NCBI GenBank assembly: GCA_037379345.1
Contig: CM074513.1
Span: 7,006,001 to 7,070,000, forward strand
Reading direction: 5' to 3'
From: Perna viridis
Taxonomy: Eukaryota
DNA length: 64,000 bases
The notes below the pieces were generated by a model. It was not told where the DNA came from. It was given only the letters and a program-made list of their open reading frames with translations, and made no database searches. This document shows positions 1 through 14,374 of the stretch, piece after piece (within the stretch, counting starts at the first letter, position 1; the number at the start of each line of letters is the position of its first letter). The position numbers were made by a program, and so were the translations under genes.

Positions 1-1851
1 ACCTTACTTCTGAGTACCTATTAATAAGCCATAATCTTCATTACTTGGGTGTAATGGCTTTCTTTTGTATGTATCAACTGTCACTTTGCCACATCTGGAA
101 GTAGTCCCTTACAGCAGACAGTTCATTAATTAATACACAGGAAGGTAAATTTACTCATGTATGTTGCTTACATCTGGAAATAGTCCTACTCGATGTCTCA
201 TTAAAAGAATGGACATATGTCTTCTATAATCAACTTGCACCAAGAAAATACATCACAAACTACCTTGAAACAGAGCATATGGTCCTGAAAGTATAGGCAA
301 ACTTCCAACAACTATTATTTCATTTATGTCAAAATCTTTACAAAAATATTCAGAACCAAGATGCATGCATGACAGATCAAGGAAATGATTCACAATATTG
401 TAATTTAAAATTATGTTCCATTGTTTGTCTTTTATTACTAATTATGTAAACAATGAATGGAAATTAAAAGTATTGTCTGAAAAAAATGTTGAGGTATAAT
501 TGAAATTTATATAAAAATTATTGGTTTTATTTCTACTAATCTGAATGTTCCAGATAGAGTCAAGACTACTTGTATATTGTCATACACAAATTTTCTTTTA
601 CCTTGGACCAACTGTCTGTTAAAAAAAATTATTCAAATTGCCTTATTTAGAGTTAAATCTTTATGATTCTCAAAGTGTCTTAGTTCATATGTCTTTCAAC
701 TTTCCTAAGTAAACTTTTGGAAATAGATTCATCTGAGCCACTGGTGTATATTTGACTGTTTTCCTTCAATTTCAAAAAAGAAGATGCGAACACTTCTGCC
801 CAACCAGACTTTTGTCTAACATTACCTTCATTCAGACAAATTTTTCTGTTACTGAATGTGTTTTTCAGAAGGACTGTTGAGAAAATACATATTTAGAGAA
901 ATATAAAAAAAAACTTTATACAGGCAGTTGGTGTGGATGCAATAATTAGATGATTTTGAATAAAATAAATTTACAAAATATGGAGACACAATAGGTTTTA
1001 TATGAAATATTATATGAAAATGCTATCTTTTTTTGTTCAGTATTAACTGATTATTTTTTTAAAGCTCTTTAGGAAATGTTAACTTTTTTTTTTATTTTCA
1101 ATGTCAAGAATGGAGTTACTGGAAAAGAATATTTAAATAAAAGGCACACAAAATATAAATACCGTTTATCAGTTTAAGTAAATCACATTGAAGTAATAAA
1201 TTATAAGTTTGCCAGACATTTGAGGTGGAAAGTGTTGGTTCTAAATGTGTCGTTCCCTGACATTATACCCAATTACATAGACTGTCTTCTTAACAGCCAC
1301 CAATTCCAAAATTACATGTCTTGAGATAAATATTATCCATCTCTGTCGCAAAGTTGAAGTAATGAACACCAACCAACTAACAAATACAGCTTGGACAGGC
1401 AATAATCAAAATTGAAGATATATTGTTTAGATTGAGAATGATGTACCAGCGCTTTTTCTGGATTTTTACCTTTGAAATTTTCAACCTGTGGGTGTGTATT
1501 AAATTTATATGTGCTGGTAATATGGTCACATAATAATAGAACATGTGATTGAGATGATGACATTGCACGATGCTTAAATTTAGATCATCTCAAAGATTAG
1601 GATTGAGACACTAATAACAGGAACATGTTCTATATTTATTGTTATTGTGGTAAGTATAATATACAAAAGTGATATAAGAATAATACCTGTAAAATAATAT
1701 CATGCAGGAAATCAAGAGTTCATTTCTAAGGAAAATTTGATATTGTCCTAAATTTTTAAAATTATCTTGTCAAGAATTAAGTTTTAAATTTATTTTTATA
1801 TCAAAGTCAAAATTTCTTTAATTTTTTTTTTAATTTGACTTTTTTTTTGTG

Positions 1852-2036
1852 CTTTAGTAGACTGATCTTCTTATCGATCAGTTTGTTACTTTAGTAGACT
1901 GATCGTCTTATCGATCAGTTTGTTACTTTAGTAGACTGATCTTCTTATCGATCAGTTCGTTACTTTAGTAGTCTGATCGTCTTATCGATCAGTTCGTTGC
2001 TTTAGTAGACTGATTTTCATATTGATCAGTTTGTTG
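1852..2036. repeat. 37-bp minisatellite, 5 copies, each with an internal hairpin
   Basis: Unit ctttagtagACTGATCttcttatcGATCAGTttgtta starts at 1852, 1889, 1926, 1963 and 2000. Confidence 0.92.
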
Positions 2037-2072
2037 CTAGATGGGAATTAAAGAACCCTCATCCACTTGCTT

Positions 2073-2361
2073 TTCAACGGGTCATAGTTTTCTTTTCCTC
2101 GTTTGTCTACCCTGGACTTGACTTTTTATGAGCAACTCGGCGGTTGGCTCTAGAAAAGCAGAGGACGCTTACCCTACCGTTGCACCTGGTCCATGCTCCC
2201 AGTTTTTAGTGGAGTTGCTCATTTGCTTTTTTTACTTTGTATGTATGATTTTAGTTACTTTTTGTTCTTTGTTGTGTATGTCTGTTGACCATGTCTGATC
2301 TTTGTCCCTGGTTTACATTCTTTTGATTACCACTATAACCTTGGTCCCCTTGATTACTCTT
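2073..2361 (+). mobile_element. 5'-truncated 3' end of the Naiad-type Penelope-like element
   Basis: Reverse complement of ~39250-39545 (caacgggtcatag...gagcaactcggcg...cttaccctacc...cttgattactctt). Confidence 0.9.
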
Positions 2362-3181
2362 TTTCAAAAAAGAAAAAGATTTTATCATTTGATAATTTGG
2401 AATGTTTGGGTATTGCTTATACCCACATCAACTCATTTTAGTTGGTAAAAGGTATATATCTTAGTATAAGAGAAATGTCTTTAAAGTCTCTCTGACAAGA
2501 TGTTATCTTCAGCAAAGACAAAATTGGCCATTTGTTAATGTTGATGTTTTCACAAGGTATAGTGGATTAAGTTCTTTGTAAAAAAGGATGATTTGAAGTA
2601 GGAATTAGATAAAAATGATATGACAAAGAGGAAGATCATATGTTCATTTTGGCTTAAGGGAAATAAGCTTTTAAGAAGTTGGAATGGAGCCAATGCTTTG
2701 TGACAAAACAATGTAAACGATGGTACATCAGGGGGAGATAACTCAGCATGACAACTTATGGTGAGATAAACAAGGAATGCTGGGAAGATAATAGTTTTGG
2801 TAAAGGATAAACACAGTGGGGTTGTCCCTATAATATGTCCTCCTTGTTTTATTATGACTACTTTGTCTATAGGTGGTAGGGCACAAAAGGGGGTTTCAGC
2901 GAATATTTGATAATATTTTTGGGAAAAAAATGCATGTTTATTTCTCAGAAAAAGAAGCATTTGAGTTGATAAAACCTTGACTATATCTCAATTGTTTGGG
3001 GGGTTGTGATCCTTTATGGTAGAAATTTTTAGAGATAAATGTGTATTAACTGTAGGAAAAATACAAACGTCAATTTTTGTTTTGTTTGTTTTGTTTTTTT
3101 TTCTGGAAAAATTGTTCAGAAACATTTTGATTTAATAAAACCTAAACAATACCTGGTTGTGTGACTATTTAGAATAGAAAT

Positions 3182-3391
3182 TACTGTGGAAGTACAATTG
3201 TTCGTGGGGTATCAATTTTCATGATTTTCATGGGAAGGCCAAACCATGAAATTTTGTTCCCAATGAAAAGGGGGTTCCCTTTGATGTGTATACTGAAAAC
3301 AACAAAAGCACAAATTCAACAATCCACAATCTTGAGTTTCTTCCCTAATCCACAAAAATTGGTGTTCATGAATTAAAGTACTTTCACAGTA
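3182..3391. mobile_element. MITE with TACTGT...ACAGTA ends (TA-flanked, Tc1/mariner-type)
   Basis: Terminal inverted repeats tactgtggaagtac...gtactttcacagta. Confidence 0.65.
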
Positions 3392-5502
3392 TTTAGATAC
3401 TGAATATTTTAGTAAATGTTGGATGCTGTGATGATACTCACATTGTTTTTGAATAAGACCAGCAGTACCATTTTGAACTATGTAATTATGTAACAGTAGC
3501 CATGTGATACTAATGGGTTTAGTATGTTGTTCTGTCCCCTGTTTATTTACATGGTTGATAAACAAAGAAAATCTTTTACTGTGGCTTGGGTGATATCTGA
3601 TTGTAATTTGATCATTGGTAACATGAATGAAAATGTCTTTACATGGCAGTATAGAGATTAGGGTAGCTTAGAGGGTAGTTTATTGACATTATTATATAAA
3701 CACGAGTGGAACCCATATTGAGCCCATTTATTGTCAGTGTGTGTACATGTCATTTTGTAAGATTAGGGACTGGCAAATGCACTCATTATAAACAGTTATC
3801 TGTTACTGGTAGCAGTAGAAGTTAATCATCCTTATCTAAATCGTGTCTTTGAAGAACTGGTTGCCAGCATTGAGAAAAGACAACATAAATATAATCAGAA
3901 ATTATTTGGTTATTAACTATGGGCAAAGTTCATGCAGCTATGTATTTCTTAGTTTTAATTCAAATATTTTGTGAATAATAAATTGTCTGTGTAGCTGATT
4001 TCACAAAAAACGTTAAATGTCAAATTGATTTAACATGTCCTAGTCTCTTTCCTTTTCTTTATTTCGAGGTCATGACTACCAATCAATTTCACTCTTGCGA
4101 CTTTTTGTGAGATCAATCACAAGGAGGCTAAATGTTCCTTGTCAACCAAGCTATCAAGAAATGTTTTAAGACCATGGTTATGTTGGTATTGCTAATGTTT
4201 GGCAATAGTCATAGATATTGTCCCTTTTGATGACATATCTTGTTTTATCAATGGAAAGAACATTTACTGTTATTACTTGTGACTAATAAAATTAGGTTTC
4301 AAGGAGACAATTATTATTTGACTTGTCTTCTGAAAAGTTTTCAATAATGGACTGGCAATAAACCTATCTGTGGCTGTTTGTCACTTTAATGTTGTCTGGT
4401 TGACTCATTGTGACATGTTAACTGCAAATTTAACAAAAAAAATCATGTATTTTTTTTAGTGTTGTCATTTAGTTTACACATGTATTTTGATATTTTTATC
4501 ATTTGGAAAGATTTTATTTGTCTGAACTGAGCTAGGATTCTTGCAAAAGGGAGGTAATCTAACTAAGGCATTTCAAAAGATATTCAAATTAGGCATGAAA
4601 TATTATAAATTTATTAGGTTGACCAACCAAGAAAAGTTAGTAATCCAAAAATACACAATCAGGGACTTTATTTCAAATATATAGAGATTCAATTTAATAA
4701 AGACTCCAAAATGATACAAAATGTATATATAATGCTGGAAAGTCTCAATGGTCATACCTGGCAATTTTCCAGTTTAACTTCATGTCAGGATATTTGCTGA
4801 TGATAAAAACTTGCTGAGTTTCCTATTCCATTATTTTTACCCCTTACATCTAATGAAAAGGTGATTAGGGTATTAAACCCATCCAATTATCAGTCTGGTT
4901 TTCATACCATAACATTGGTATCAGTAGGATAGTTCATAATTTTGTCACTGAGACTCTGCACAGTTGGAAGTTTCTGTATCTCTTTGAAAACATCAGTTTG
5001 TAAGATAAGGACAGTGATACTGCTCAGAGCTGCATATTTACTATGTTCATACAAGTACTATCTAAATTCTATTAGAATGTTTTAATAGATTAGTGAGACT
5101 TCAACTGTTGCTGTAGTCTGTAACTTAAGCCACTAGTGTGATGCCCCAGACTAGTAGATTACCATTTGGACTAGTACATTTCTTTTGCTACTAATTGGAT
5201 TGGACTAGTAGAAAAAATATGCCTTTTCTTTTTTTTCTTTTGTCATCTTTAGCCATTAATTATTATCATCAAACAAATAAAAAAAATGGTAGAAGTTTAG
5301 TCTTTATGGAAGGATACTCTCATTTCTTTTTCTTTTTCTAATTTCATTCAGAGTTATGGAACTTGCATCACAGAAAAATGGGGATAGTCATATCATGTAC
5401 TCAGGAGTAATTGGTTTATTTACTCAACCTTTCCATATACTTGGTACTAACCCCTTAATTTGTTATTATGTATGTTTATGTATGTTTTTTTTCTCTTTTC
5501 AG

Positions 5503-5741
5503 CATTAGATAAATTAGGCTACAGACATATCTACAATCTAGGGATGTCAGTAGAAGTGGTCCAACCCAACATAGTCTTTGACATTGCTAGTTTATTGCTG
5601 TATGGAGCTCAGGCTACCCCAGTACGATTAAAGATTTTACTTGACCGTTTGTTCAGTGTGCTTCAACATGATGAAGTCCTTCAAGTTTTACAGAGTTTTG
5701 GCTGGACCTATGAAGACTATGCTCGTGGCTATATATTGCAG
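5503..5741 (+). CDS. BNC2-like: Basonuclin/disconnected-like gene, internal coding exon (conserved N-terminal basonuclin region)
   Basis: ttttcag acceptor before 5503 and CAG|gtttgt donor after 5741. Translation ALDKLG...[38 protein letters not shown]...[14 protein letters not shown] closely matches the vertebrate basonuclin N-terminal block. Upstream exons were not found in the window. Confidence 0.92.
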
Positions 5742-6004
5742 GTTTGTCCACTTAATTACATCTTTGTGGGTAGTTTTTGCCTTTCTGCTTCTCAAAGACT
5801 CTTACACATTCTTTCAGGCATGTTAAAATCGCATTAAATTTACAATATCTTTTTATCTTTAGAGATTTGGAATATACTTTTGACTTCATAATATTCAATA
5901 CTTATTTGAAAAGAAAATAAACATAAGAATTTTAATTATGCATAAAACAATCTACTTATGACCATGAGTTTATCTCCAATTCAGTAGATCATATTCTGAT
6001 TCGG

Positions 6005-6275
6005 CTTTACCAGTTAGTCATGTGCTACACTATAGCTTTCATCACATGGTTAAATGTTCAACTTGCCTAGTCTTGATTCATAATCAACTGGTCTACTTAA
6101 ATGTACAACTGGCTTCAGTTACATGTTTAGCTGGGCTAGTCACATGCCACAGATAGCTTTCTTTCAGCTGGTCTAGCCCAGTGTTCAACTTGCTTAGTCA
6201 CATGTTCATATGGGTTAGTCACGTATACCTCTGTCTTCAGTGGCTTAAGTCACATGCTACTCATGTTTAGTCAAA
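6005..6275. repeat. Degenerate tandem repeat (tagtcacatg core)
   Basis: Recurring gctagtcacatg / ttcaact(t)g motifs. Confidence 0.5.
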
Positions 6276-8611
6276 TTTCAAGATGTTTGAAAAAATCTAC
6301 CCAGAAGATCCGGCATTGAATGCAATCAATATGTGTATAATAAATCAAAACTGTTTTTCAACAAGAACAAAAAGTAGAAAAATACATTAAGATTTATTTT
6401 GGTTCAAAACTTAAGCATTTATTATAAATGGCATGAAAAGTTGCTTTATCAAAAACTTTCTATATAAATGATACTGTCATTAAATTTTTAAGCCTTAATT
6501 AATAGGTACCTATATCATAAAGCTTGTACTGAAAGATTTGATCCAAGACATGCATGAATATTTAGACTTTATGCATAGACAATTGTTCTTTGAAAACAAA
6601 GGGCCACTTTACCCAAAGCATTTATATTTTATTTCTTTGATAGAGGAAGACAAAAGCACAATGAATATTTTGGCAAATAAATGATAATTTTGAGACAAGT
6701 AAACAAAGCACTGTAAAACTAATGTGGTCCTGACAATGACTTATTTTGACACTTTTATTTTGAACCAAAAATAACTTATGATGAATTGAGGCATGTGAAA
6801 TAAACTTTTAGCTTGGCAAAAACTCAAGTGTTTAAGGGAAGTAAAATCTAAGATATTTTGTCAAATATAACATAGAAACAGTTGTGTGTTTTAGGTTTGT
6901 AAAATAAAAAGCCAAAACTTAATGACAAAACACAACATATGCATTAAAAACTCTTTTTCTAAGGATGGTTTAATGGGACATATGGGGGGCATATGTGACC
7001 ATTTGATAATAATTTTAGCAGGTAAATAGATAGAAGAGAGATTGAGCTTAACTGATGCCACGTGCATATGTCATTTGTAATTATGTCTGCTAATAGGTTT
7101 TCTTGAAAATGAGTTCCGTTAAAATCAGAAACCAATATAAACATAATTGTGACGCCTTTGATGAGAGAGTTTTAGGTGTTGCATCTTGCAGAGTAACATT
7201 AAAGAAGTATGCTAATGATAGCAAAAGACGATACATTTTATTTAGAGTTTTATCCGAACTGTAAAATTTATTTGCTATTTAGGTTTACAAATTTTGTTTT
7301 CATTGGTGAAGTAAGTGAGAAGAAGTCACTTAATGACTTAAAAAGAATGTGTTATATTCCTTTGTTTCTGATTTACTTCATGGCTTGTTTTAACTTCTTT
7401 TAAAAGTAGTAAAATTACTGGTTCCCACAGCTCAGCTGATGTTCTGTTCACTCATAAGTCAAAGGATAAGGCAATCAACAGGGAAATGGACAACAATTGG
7501 AACCAAAACCTAAACCTTAAAATATAAAGTTTAAATAAGAAACCAGATTCCTATGAACTATTGACCAAATGTACTGGTAGGGTCCCAGTAACCATCCTCT
7601 TCTATTTTTGTAACACCCACTGAATAGTTCATATCATAACTAGTAAGTTTTTAGAAGGAAAGAATGGCTTATGATGAAAAAATTGATCCTCATGATGCAG
7701 ACTGTATGGTTGAGTTTTTGAAAATTCTGTTGAACATTGTCTAGTTTTACAGTATAATTTTTTGTAGGTACCTTTTATAACCTCAATGTTAATGTGTTTT
7801 TAGCCTTGGTTTAGTCATATTATCAGATTGGTCAACTATTATAACCTCTTTTTTATTTAGTTTTTAGCCTAGGTTTAGTCATATTATAACAATGGTCAAC
7901 TACTTTCTTCATGACTGTATAATCCATAAATAATTTAGTGCTTAGCAGACAATTCCTACCTATCATCAAACCATTATCACACTGACAGTAGAAAGACAGG
8001 CCATGTGCCTTTTCTGTTTCTTCACGGTCATTATTGGCACAAGAACAAAATCTTTGTCATAAACAAAAAATATTAGAACTTTTTATGAGTAACCTGGCTT
8101 TGTATCATAAAAACTTCAGTTTCTGTTGATGCTTTGTCCTTTAGGGTTTTAAAAAAAATAATTTATGTAACATTGAAATTCTGGTTTTGAAAAGGGTTTC
8201 ACTTTATTCAAATCTTAGATCTATGGAAAAATATCTGTAATTTTACCCTACATTATTTTACCTTATGTTTTTTTTTACAGAAATACTTTTTGTGTTGACT
8301 TACAAAATTGAAAACTAGGGTTATATTATTGGACTACATTAAGTTTCAATATTTTTAGGATAGACTAGGGAAAGATAAGATAACTATTTTACTTAGTTTT
8401 TTCACACGAGTTGTCATTAAGACTTGACCCATTAAATAGGAGTCACCATGATTAACATAATCTAAATTGAATTTGTACAAGTTCTTTGTGATACAAATTA
8501 TAACACCAAAAAAAAAAATGGTTAACTTCATGGAATGGTGTTGGTCTCCCTTGAATAGATTGACCATTAAATCATTAACTACCTTGGGTATTTAAATGAT
8601 ATATGAACTTC

Positions 8612-8859
8612 TTAAGGCCAAGATAAAAATAAATCTGGTTAAGGTTACATTGGATGAAAAATGTGGTAGGATAATAAAATTATTTTGTATAGACAATTAT
8701 GGAAGGACTCCTTGACATAAATGGTGCTTAACTGAAAAATGATAGTTTAGCGGCATTTCATGGGGGATTAAAAAAAACTGATAAAATGTGCTAGGTTAGG
8801 CAGGTCAAATGGGGTAGGAAGGATAACCTTAAACAGACAATTCTCTCTTTTTTGGCCTT
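8612..8859. mobile_element. TTAA-type MITE (ttaaggcca...tggcctta)
   Basis: Short terminal inverted repeats; a similar left end occurs at ~58125. Confidence 0.55.
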
Positions 8860-10899
8860 ATAGACATAGATTGAAATACCTTTGAAAGTGTAGGAAGTAA
8901 AATTGTCACTTCCAGTTAACTACCTGTGTCATTTCATCAGGTATTGGTCATTCAAACTCTATTCTATGAAGTTTGCTGTATTATTAAATCATGTATTTGG
9001 TAATCTCCTGTCTCATTATTTTTTTCTTAAATCTGTCTGGTATATTGTCTTTTATTTTAAGTTAGACTATCTCAAGCAGGGTATTTTATCTTTCTTTCTT
9101 TCTAAGCCAGTATCTACCACTAAAATGACATGAGTGAGGCAAGAACTGACAATCCTTAAGTTTTGACATCTCAAAAATGATATCAAAGCAAGAAAGAATT
9201 ACAAGAGATAAGACTTAAGCACATTTAGACATTAAAATGAGACAACCTGCAGTGCTTGTATATCAGCAAAAGTTTTCCCTCAAAGAAAAATTATCAACAT
9301 TTTAGCAAAAGGCACATTAAATTGTCGTATTGAAGTACTGTCTATCGAATGTAGCATCACTTGGCATCGATTCAGAATCACCAAAACATTTGACGTCAAT
9401 CAGAAACACAGCACTCACCATCTTTTAAAAACCTGTCAATGATTTTGATAGAAAGAGGATGATTTGAGGATGCGTTGTTTACTAAATCACTTCCTGTCTG
9501 GTGAATGTACACCTACAGCTAAATAAAATACTTTAAAACAATCCTCTCAGAATATTGAAATGAACCTAGTAATTAATTGTTTATTTTATAGTTTTGATCC
9601 TGACAATAGTTTTGACATATGATTAAGTTGTGATTCTATTTTATTATTATTGTATTAATACCTATACTTTACACAGACAATATGTATTGTACATATATAG
9701 TACAGTGAATTCCAATGAACTGCATACCTGTTAATTTCATAGGAAATTGAGAAACAAAACCATTTCCCATTTTAACCATGTATAGAATTCCTGTTATTTG
9801 TATAACATACGACTTAAATTCAGAAAACTCCTCACAATTACATAAATATTTTTCAAAATTTACCAAAAAAATTTATCTAAATGAGTAAACCCAACAATAC
9901 ATTGTTAGTGAAAGTCCTCAGTTGAAATTAGAACTTGATTTTTACAACAATATTCTCTTTCCTTTGACTACACACAAAAGCAGGAATCTAATTAGACGTG
10001 AGAAAAAATATATCCCAATTAAACATTTGAAACATTGTGTATATTTCCCTGAAAAAATCATTTCTGTCAATTGCCAATTTTTTTCTAATAGACGAAAGAC
10101 CACTGTATTCATTATTTGGGGCGAACAAAATGTTTGTAAATGATCGAATTTTAAAATGTTTTCTAAAATTACTTGAATGACCATCCATCTGTACTACAAC
10201 ATAGTTCTTTAAATTTATCTCTGTTCTGTCTATGTTAAATTGACATATTACCCAAAATTATCTTGACTTATAAAAATGTTTGAGTCATAAACTGAAGAAG
10301 AAGAAATTACACACACATGACCATTTCCTAGTCCTGTGTGTCTAACATGATACTAATTAGATAATTGGCACTTTGAGGCGGAAACAATTTTTTTGGCACA
10401 TGTTTGAAATTAATCAAGTGTCCTGAAGATACAGATCAAGCATTTGCATGCTCTTGATGACTGTCAGATGGCAAAGAAGTGCCCGCACTTTCATTGATGA
10501 TCTTACACAAGTATCTTTGATTGTCAAGTTGTTTTCTGCTAGCTGTTACTTCCTTTCTCACGCTTTCTTTTTTCCATTTCTCCTCTGTCTTCTTTTAAAT
10601 TTGCAAGTACAAAATATATAAAGAGATAATTATATTTCAGTTTTTGGCACTAAGTTTTAACAACATCTGTCTCAAAACTATTTATGATGATTTTGAGTTC
10701 CTTTTTCTTGGTGTAGTGTATAAGTATGTTTACAGAATGGTAGTAATTAAAATTGAGGTTATTTCTCTTTTACAAGCAGAAAGATATATCCTTGTCCTGA
10801 ATTCTTGTTGGAAAGGTGCTTGTACATTCTGTTAGCTTTCAATAGAAAAAATCCATTAAAAAATGTTCAGATTTCCATTGTTTTGTGATTTTTAGATTT

Positions 10900-11170
10900 T
10901 TATACCTGCCACACAAAATTAGGAGGTATTATGTGTTACCCTCTGAAAAGTTGTGTGTCTATCCATCTGGCACCCCCCAATGGTATCCAGGTGATAACTT
11001 CAGTACGGATCTATGAATTATTTTGAAACTTTGCACAGTTGATAAGAATGATAAAATGCAGATGAAGGTCAATTTTCAGCAAAATTCTATTTGCAGTTTT
11101 TGAGTAAAGCCATATTGAACATTTTGCAATCCCCCTTTTTCATCATAACATGGCTGGATATCACTTAACG
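10900..11170 (+). mobile_element. Degenerate Helentron-associated (HINE-like) fragment
   Basis: ttttatacc...ggtattat subterminal palindrome followed by a decayed gtct/atcc microsatellite and a satellite-like unit. Confidence 0.4.
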
Positions 11171-12294
11171 TTCCATTAATGTTCTATTTTTCTGCATGTG
11201 TATGTGTGTGCCACCCTCTTTCGGTCAGTCAATTTACAGCCCTTGTTTAGGGGGTAGGGGCTTCAAAATTTTATATGTCAATTATAAAATAAGTATTGCC
11301 ATCAACTACTCATAGATTACTTGTTTTGCTGTTAATGATGTGACATTAAAAGTCTTGGAATACATGCAAAATACGATTAATTAGGGAGAAATGTAATCAC
11401 TATGATCTTTAATTGTAGGCATTTTACCATCACACATTTTTGATATTTTCTGGCATCAAAGTAACAAAGTAAATTGATAACAACTAGGAGCATATTTTCT
11501 GGTGATAATTTAGGCAATGCAAAACATCAGGGCTTTGCTTGATGTAGAATAATTAAGGAGGAAGTTTAAATGAGCGTGTGCAAATGACGTATAGAAATAA
11601 TTTCGTTTATATGCTTTACTCTCAGTATCCAATTATATTTTTTTTAATTTAGGAGAGAGAGGAAAATGTCTCTTGCCTAAATTTGTTCAAATGCAACTTT
11701 TAATCAAATCTTGATTCAATTACTATGTGGTCTTCTACTTTTAAAGATGTGCATTTTCTCTATCTTTATTACATGAAATCATGAATTTCTTACAACTTAA
11801 CTTTGCCATTTTCATTATTAGGATGTCCCTAGTGACACACCTGGGAACTTTTATATGTAATATTGATAGGAAAAGCAGTGCTTTAATCAACTGTTTACAT
11901 GAGCAAATGGAACATACTCAGAGCAAATGTTTCAAAAAAAATGAATAGTTCTTAATTATTCATCTCTCAAAAGATTTGTCAAATTACTTTTTTCTTTTGT
12001 GAGAAGCTGATTGTTAAAATTCAAAAATCAAATACAAAAATAAAAATCCAAAGATGTTGCTAAATGTTTGTTTATGGAAGGACAAGTTATTCTTTTGGGA
12101 AAATATAATTTATCCTGTAATGTTCAGTATGTTTTCTTGTATGAAACTAAAAGCTGCACCAGTTGTAAAGATCTTTTGGCTGCAAATCGTGACACACACA
12201 CACACACACACTCCTTGTGCAGTGATTGGAATTAAAGGGGATCATGTGCCTTTTATCAGATTCCTGATGAAAATGTCCCATTAAAATACAAAGA

Positions 12295-12840
12295 ATAATA
12301 GGATAATTGAATGGAAGAGTGATCATGGGTACCAAGGTTATAGCGGTAATCAAAAGAATGTAATCCAAGGACAAAGACCAGACATGGAAAACAGACATAC
12401 ACAACAAAGAACATAGAGTAACTAAAATCATACATACAAAGTAACAAAAGCAAATGAGCAGCTGGGACTCCATTGGAAACTGGGAGCATGGACCAGGTGC
12501 ACCAGTAGAGAAAAGAGTGAATAACCAAAATATTATCACGAGTGCCGAAGAGCGCCTAGAATTAACAAGTGTGCAGAACTTTTTCAGTGCACAAGTCCTT
12601 TATCCTTCTGTGCACGAGTGATCACATTTTGGTTATTCACGATAACCAATGGATTATCGTATTATATAGGTTTTTTTCATAATTTGTCAATATTTTCAAC
12701 ATGAATTTTAAATTCTGTGTTTGGCAGATTGATTTCAAAGTTGCGGGAGAAAGTCCGAGGGTGAAATTACCTAATTTATTTCACAGTTTGAATTATCGAA
12801 ATTTATTACACTGGGAACATTTGAAAAACACTGTTACCCA
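12295..12840 (+). mobile_element. Palindromic Crypton-like non-autonomous element, interrupted by a Naiad 3' fragment
   Basis: Internal inverted repeat gtgaataaccaaaat...attttggttattcac; homologous in reverse orientation to 23882-24243. Confidence 0.7.
12315..12510 (-). mobile_element. Naiad 3'-end fragment with apparent AAGAGTGA target duplication
   Basis: Matches ~39250-39445; aagagtga at 12315-12322 and 12513-12520. Confidence 0.88.
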
Positions 12841-12952
12841 TATTATAATATTAAAGAATGGCCCATTGAAGTTCTGAAGATCATTAAAAATGGCCCAGTC
12901 TTAAAATTTTAGTCCCATTCACTCCATATGCATGCATCTGAAACTTTGATAT

Positions 12953-13188
12953 CAGTGAAACCTATCTTAACCAAACTCAGAATACACCAAAAACCTTTCT
13001 TACACTGTTTATGTATTATTGACCTTGATAAACCAAAAACCTTTCTAAACTAGACACTGTTTATGTACTATTTAACTTGATCTACCAAAAGCCTTTCTAA
13101 ACCAGACACTGTTTATGTATTATTTACCTGTCTAAACTGGATACATTCTACAGTCTAAAAGTGTTCAGTGTCGAGAAGTTTCAGTGTA
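12953..13188. mobile_element. MITE (cagtgaaacct...tttcagtg) with internal tandem repeats
   Basis: Terminal inverted repeats and repeated acactgtttatgta units; relatives at 17919-18231 and ~48900-49078. Confidence 0.6.
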
Positions 13189-14374
13189 ACTCTAGAAAGA
13201 ATTTTGTTCATGCTATATGAATATGATTACTGTCAACCAACTCATTTTTGCTATTTCTTGAGCAAGGAAGAATTGAAAATAAATGGCTGCCAAAAAAAGT
13301 CTTTTTGAAATAGAATACATAATATGAAAATGGATTGAAATCCTAACTTCAGAAAAAAAAGTGTTTCCGAAAATAAATTGTTATTTTATCCATGAAATAA
13401 ACACTCCATATTTGTCTTTAAATTCTTGTATTTTCTTAAAAACAGCTAATTCTGTTCATACTATACAAATTATTATCAAAAGGATGGCAATCACTATTTT
13501 CTGAGAGTTTAAAAATAATGTTTAGTTCTGAGATAGGAAATTCTGTAATTGTATGAAATTAAATGAGTTTTGACTGAGTTAAAGGAATGTAACATTTCAT
13601 GTCCACTATCAAATTATTTTGACTGGATATCACATACGGCAGACAGTTATTGTAATCATAATGTTTAGCAGAATTAATTTGTTGTCAATTGTGGTACAAT
13701 AAAACTATAGTCTGTCCTCAATGGAGCAACTTATTTGATCTGTTGAATAAAATATTAACCATTGTCAGCATGTTTGGAATAAACTGGACACCTATAGTCT
13801 TAATGGTCCTAATGGGAAATGACTTTTTATGACGAAAATACACCACTGAGGTGTTAGAAATTCCTTTACAATATTACTGCCATACATTAAGTATTGTTTG
13901 CATTGGTCATGTGAGAGAACTTTTATTTGACATGAAGTAATTTCTGTTATTTGTTCACCAAAGATATCATTTAATGACCAAATAGGTGATTACTTTGTAT
14001 AATTATGCCAAAAAGTAAAATGCCATCTTATAACCTTTTAAATGGTTAACTTTAGGGACCACTATTGCCTTGGAGTGGATCTTTAATTTAAAGATTAACC
14101 CAGGCATAAAAGATTGGTTTCGTAAAAGAGTGTCACTCTGTGCAGCAGCAGAGCTCTCTTCATCGTTTAATGAATGATTGTTCAATTGTTTTGACTTGGG
14201 TTTTCCTAATTTATGCAAGGAATTAATTAAATTCAAAGAGTGAAACACAGGTATAGAAAAAACTAATATAAATAACAAGAGTCTTATTGATAACCCAAAA
14301 TGTCTGATAAAAACATTATGTGCAAAATTAATAGATAATTAATCATTTACATTATTATTTTTTTTTATTTTCAG

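Noticed and set aside
1852-2036. CRISPR-like array of palindromic 37-bp repeats
   Set aside because: Units are contiguous with no unique spacers, there are no cas genes, and the context is a eukaryotic intron.
5460-5837. Stand-alone 125-aa gene as given in the ORF track
   Set aside because: Only 5503-5741 is exon; the flanks are intron read-through.
12147-12539. Hydrophobic ORFs at 12147, 25536 and 39145 that look like a small membrane-protein family
   Set aside because: They are translations of the T-rich Naiad 3' UTR copies.
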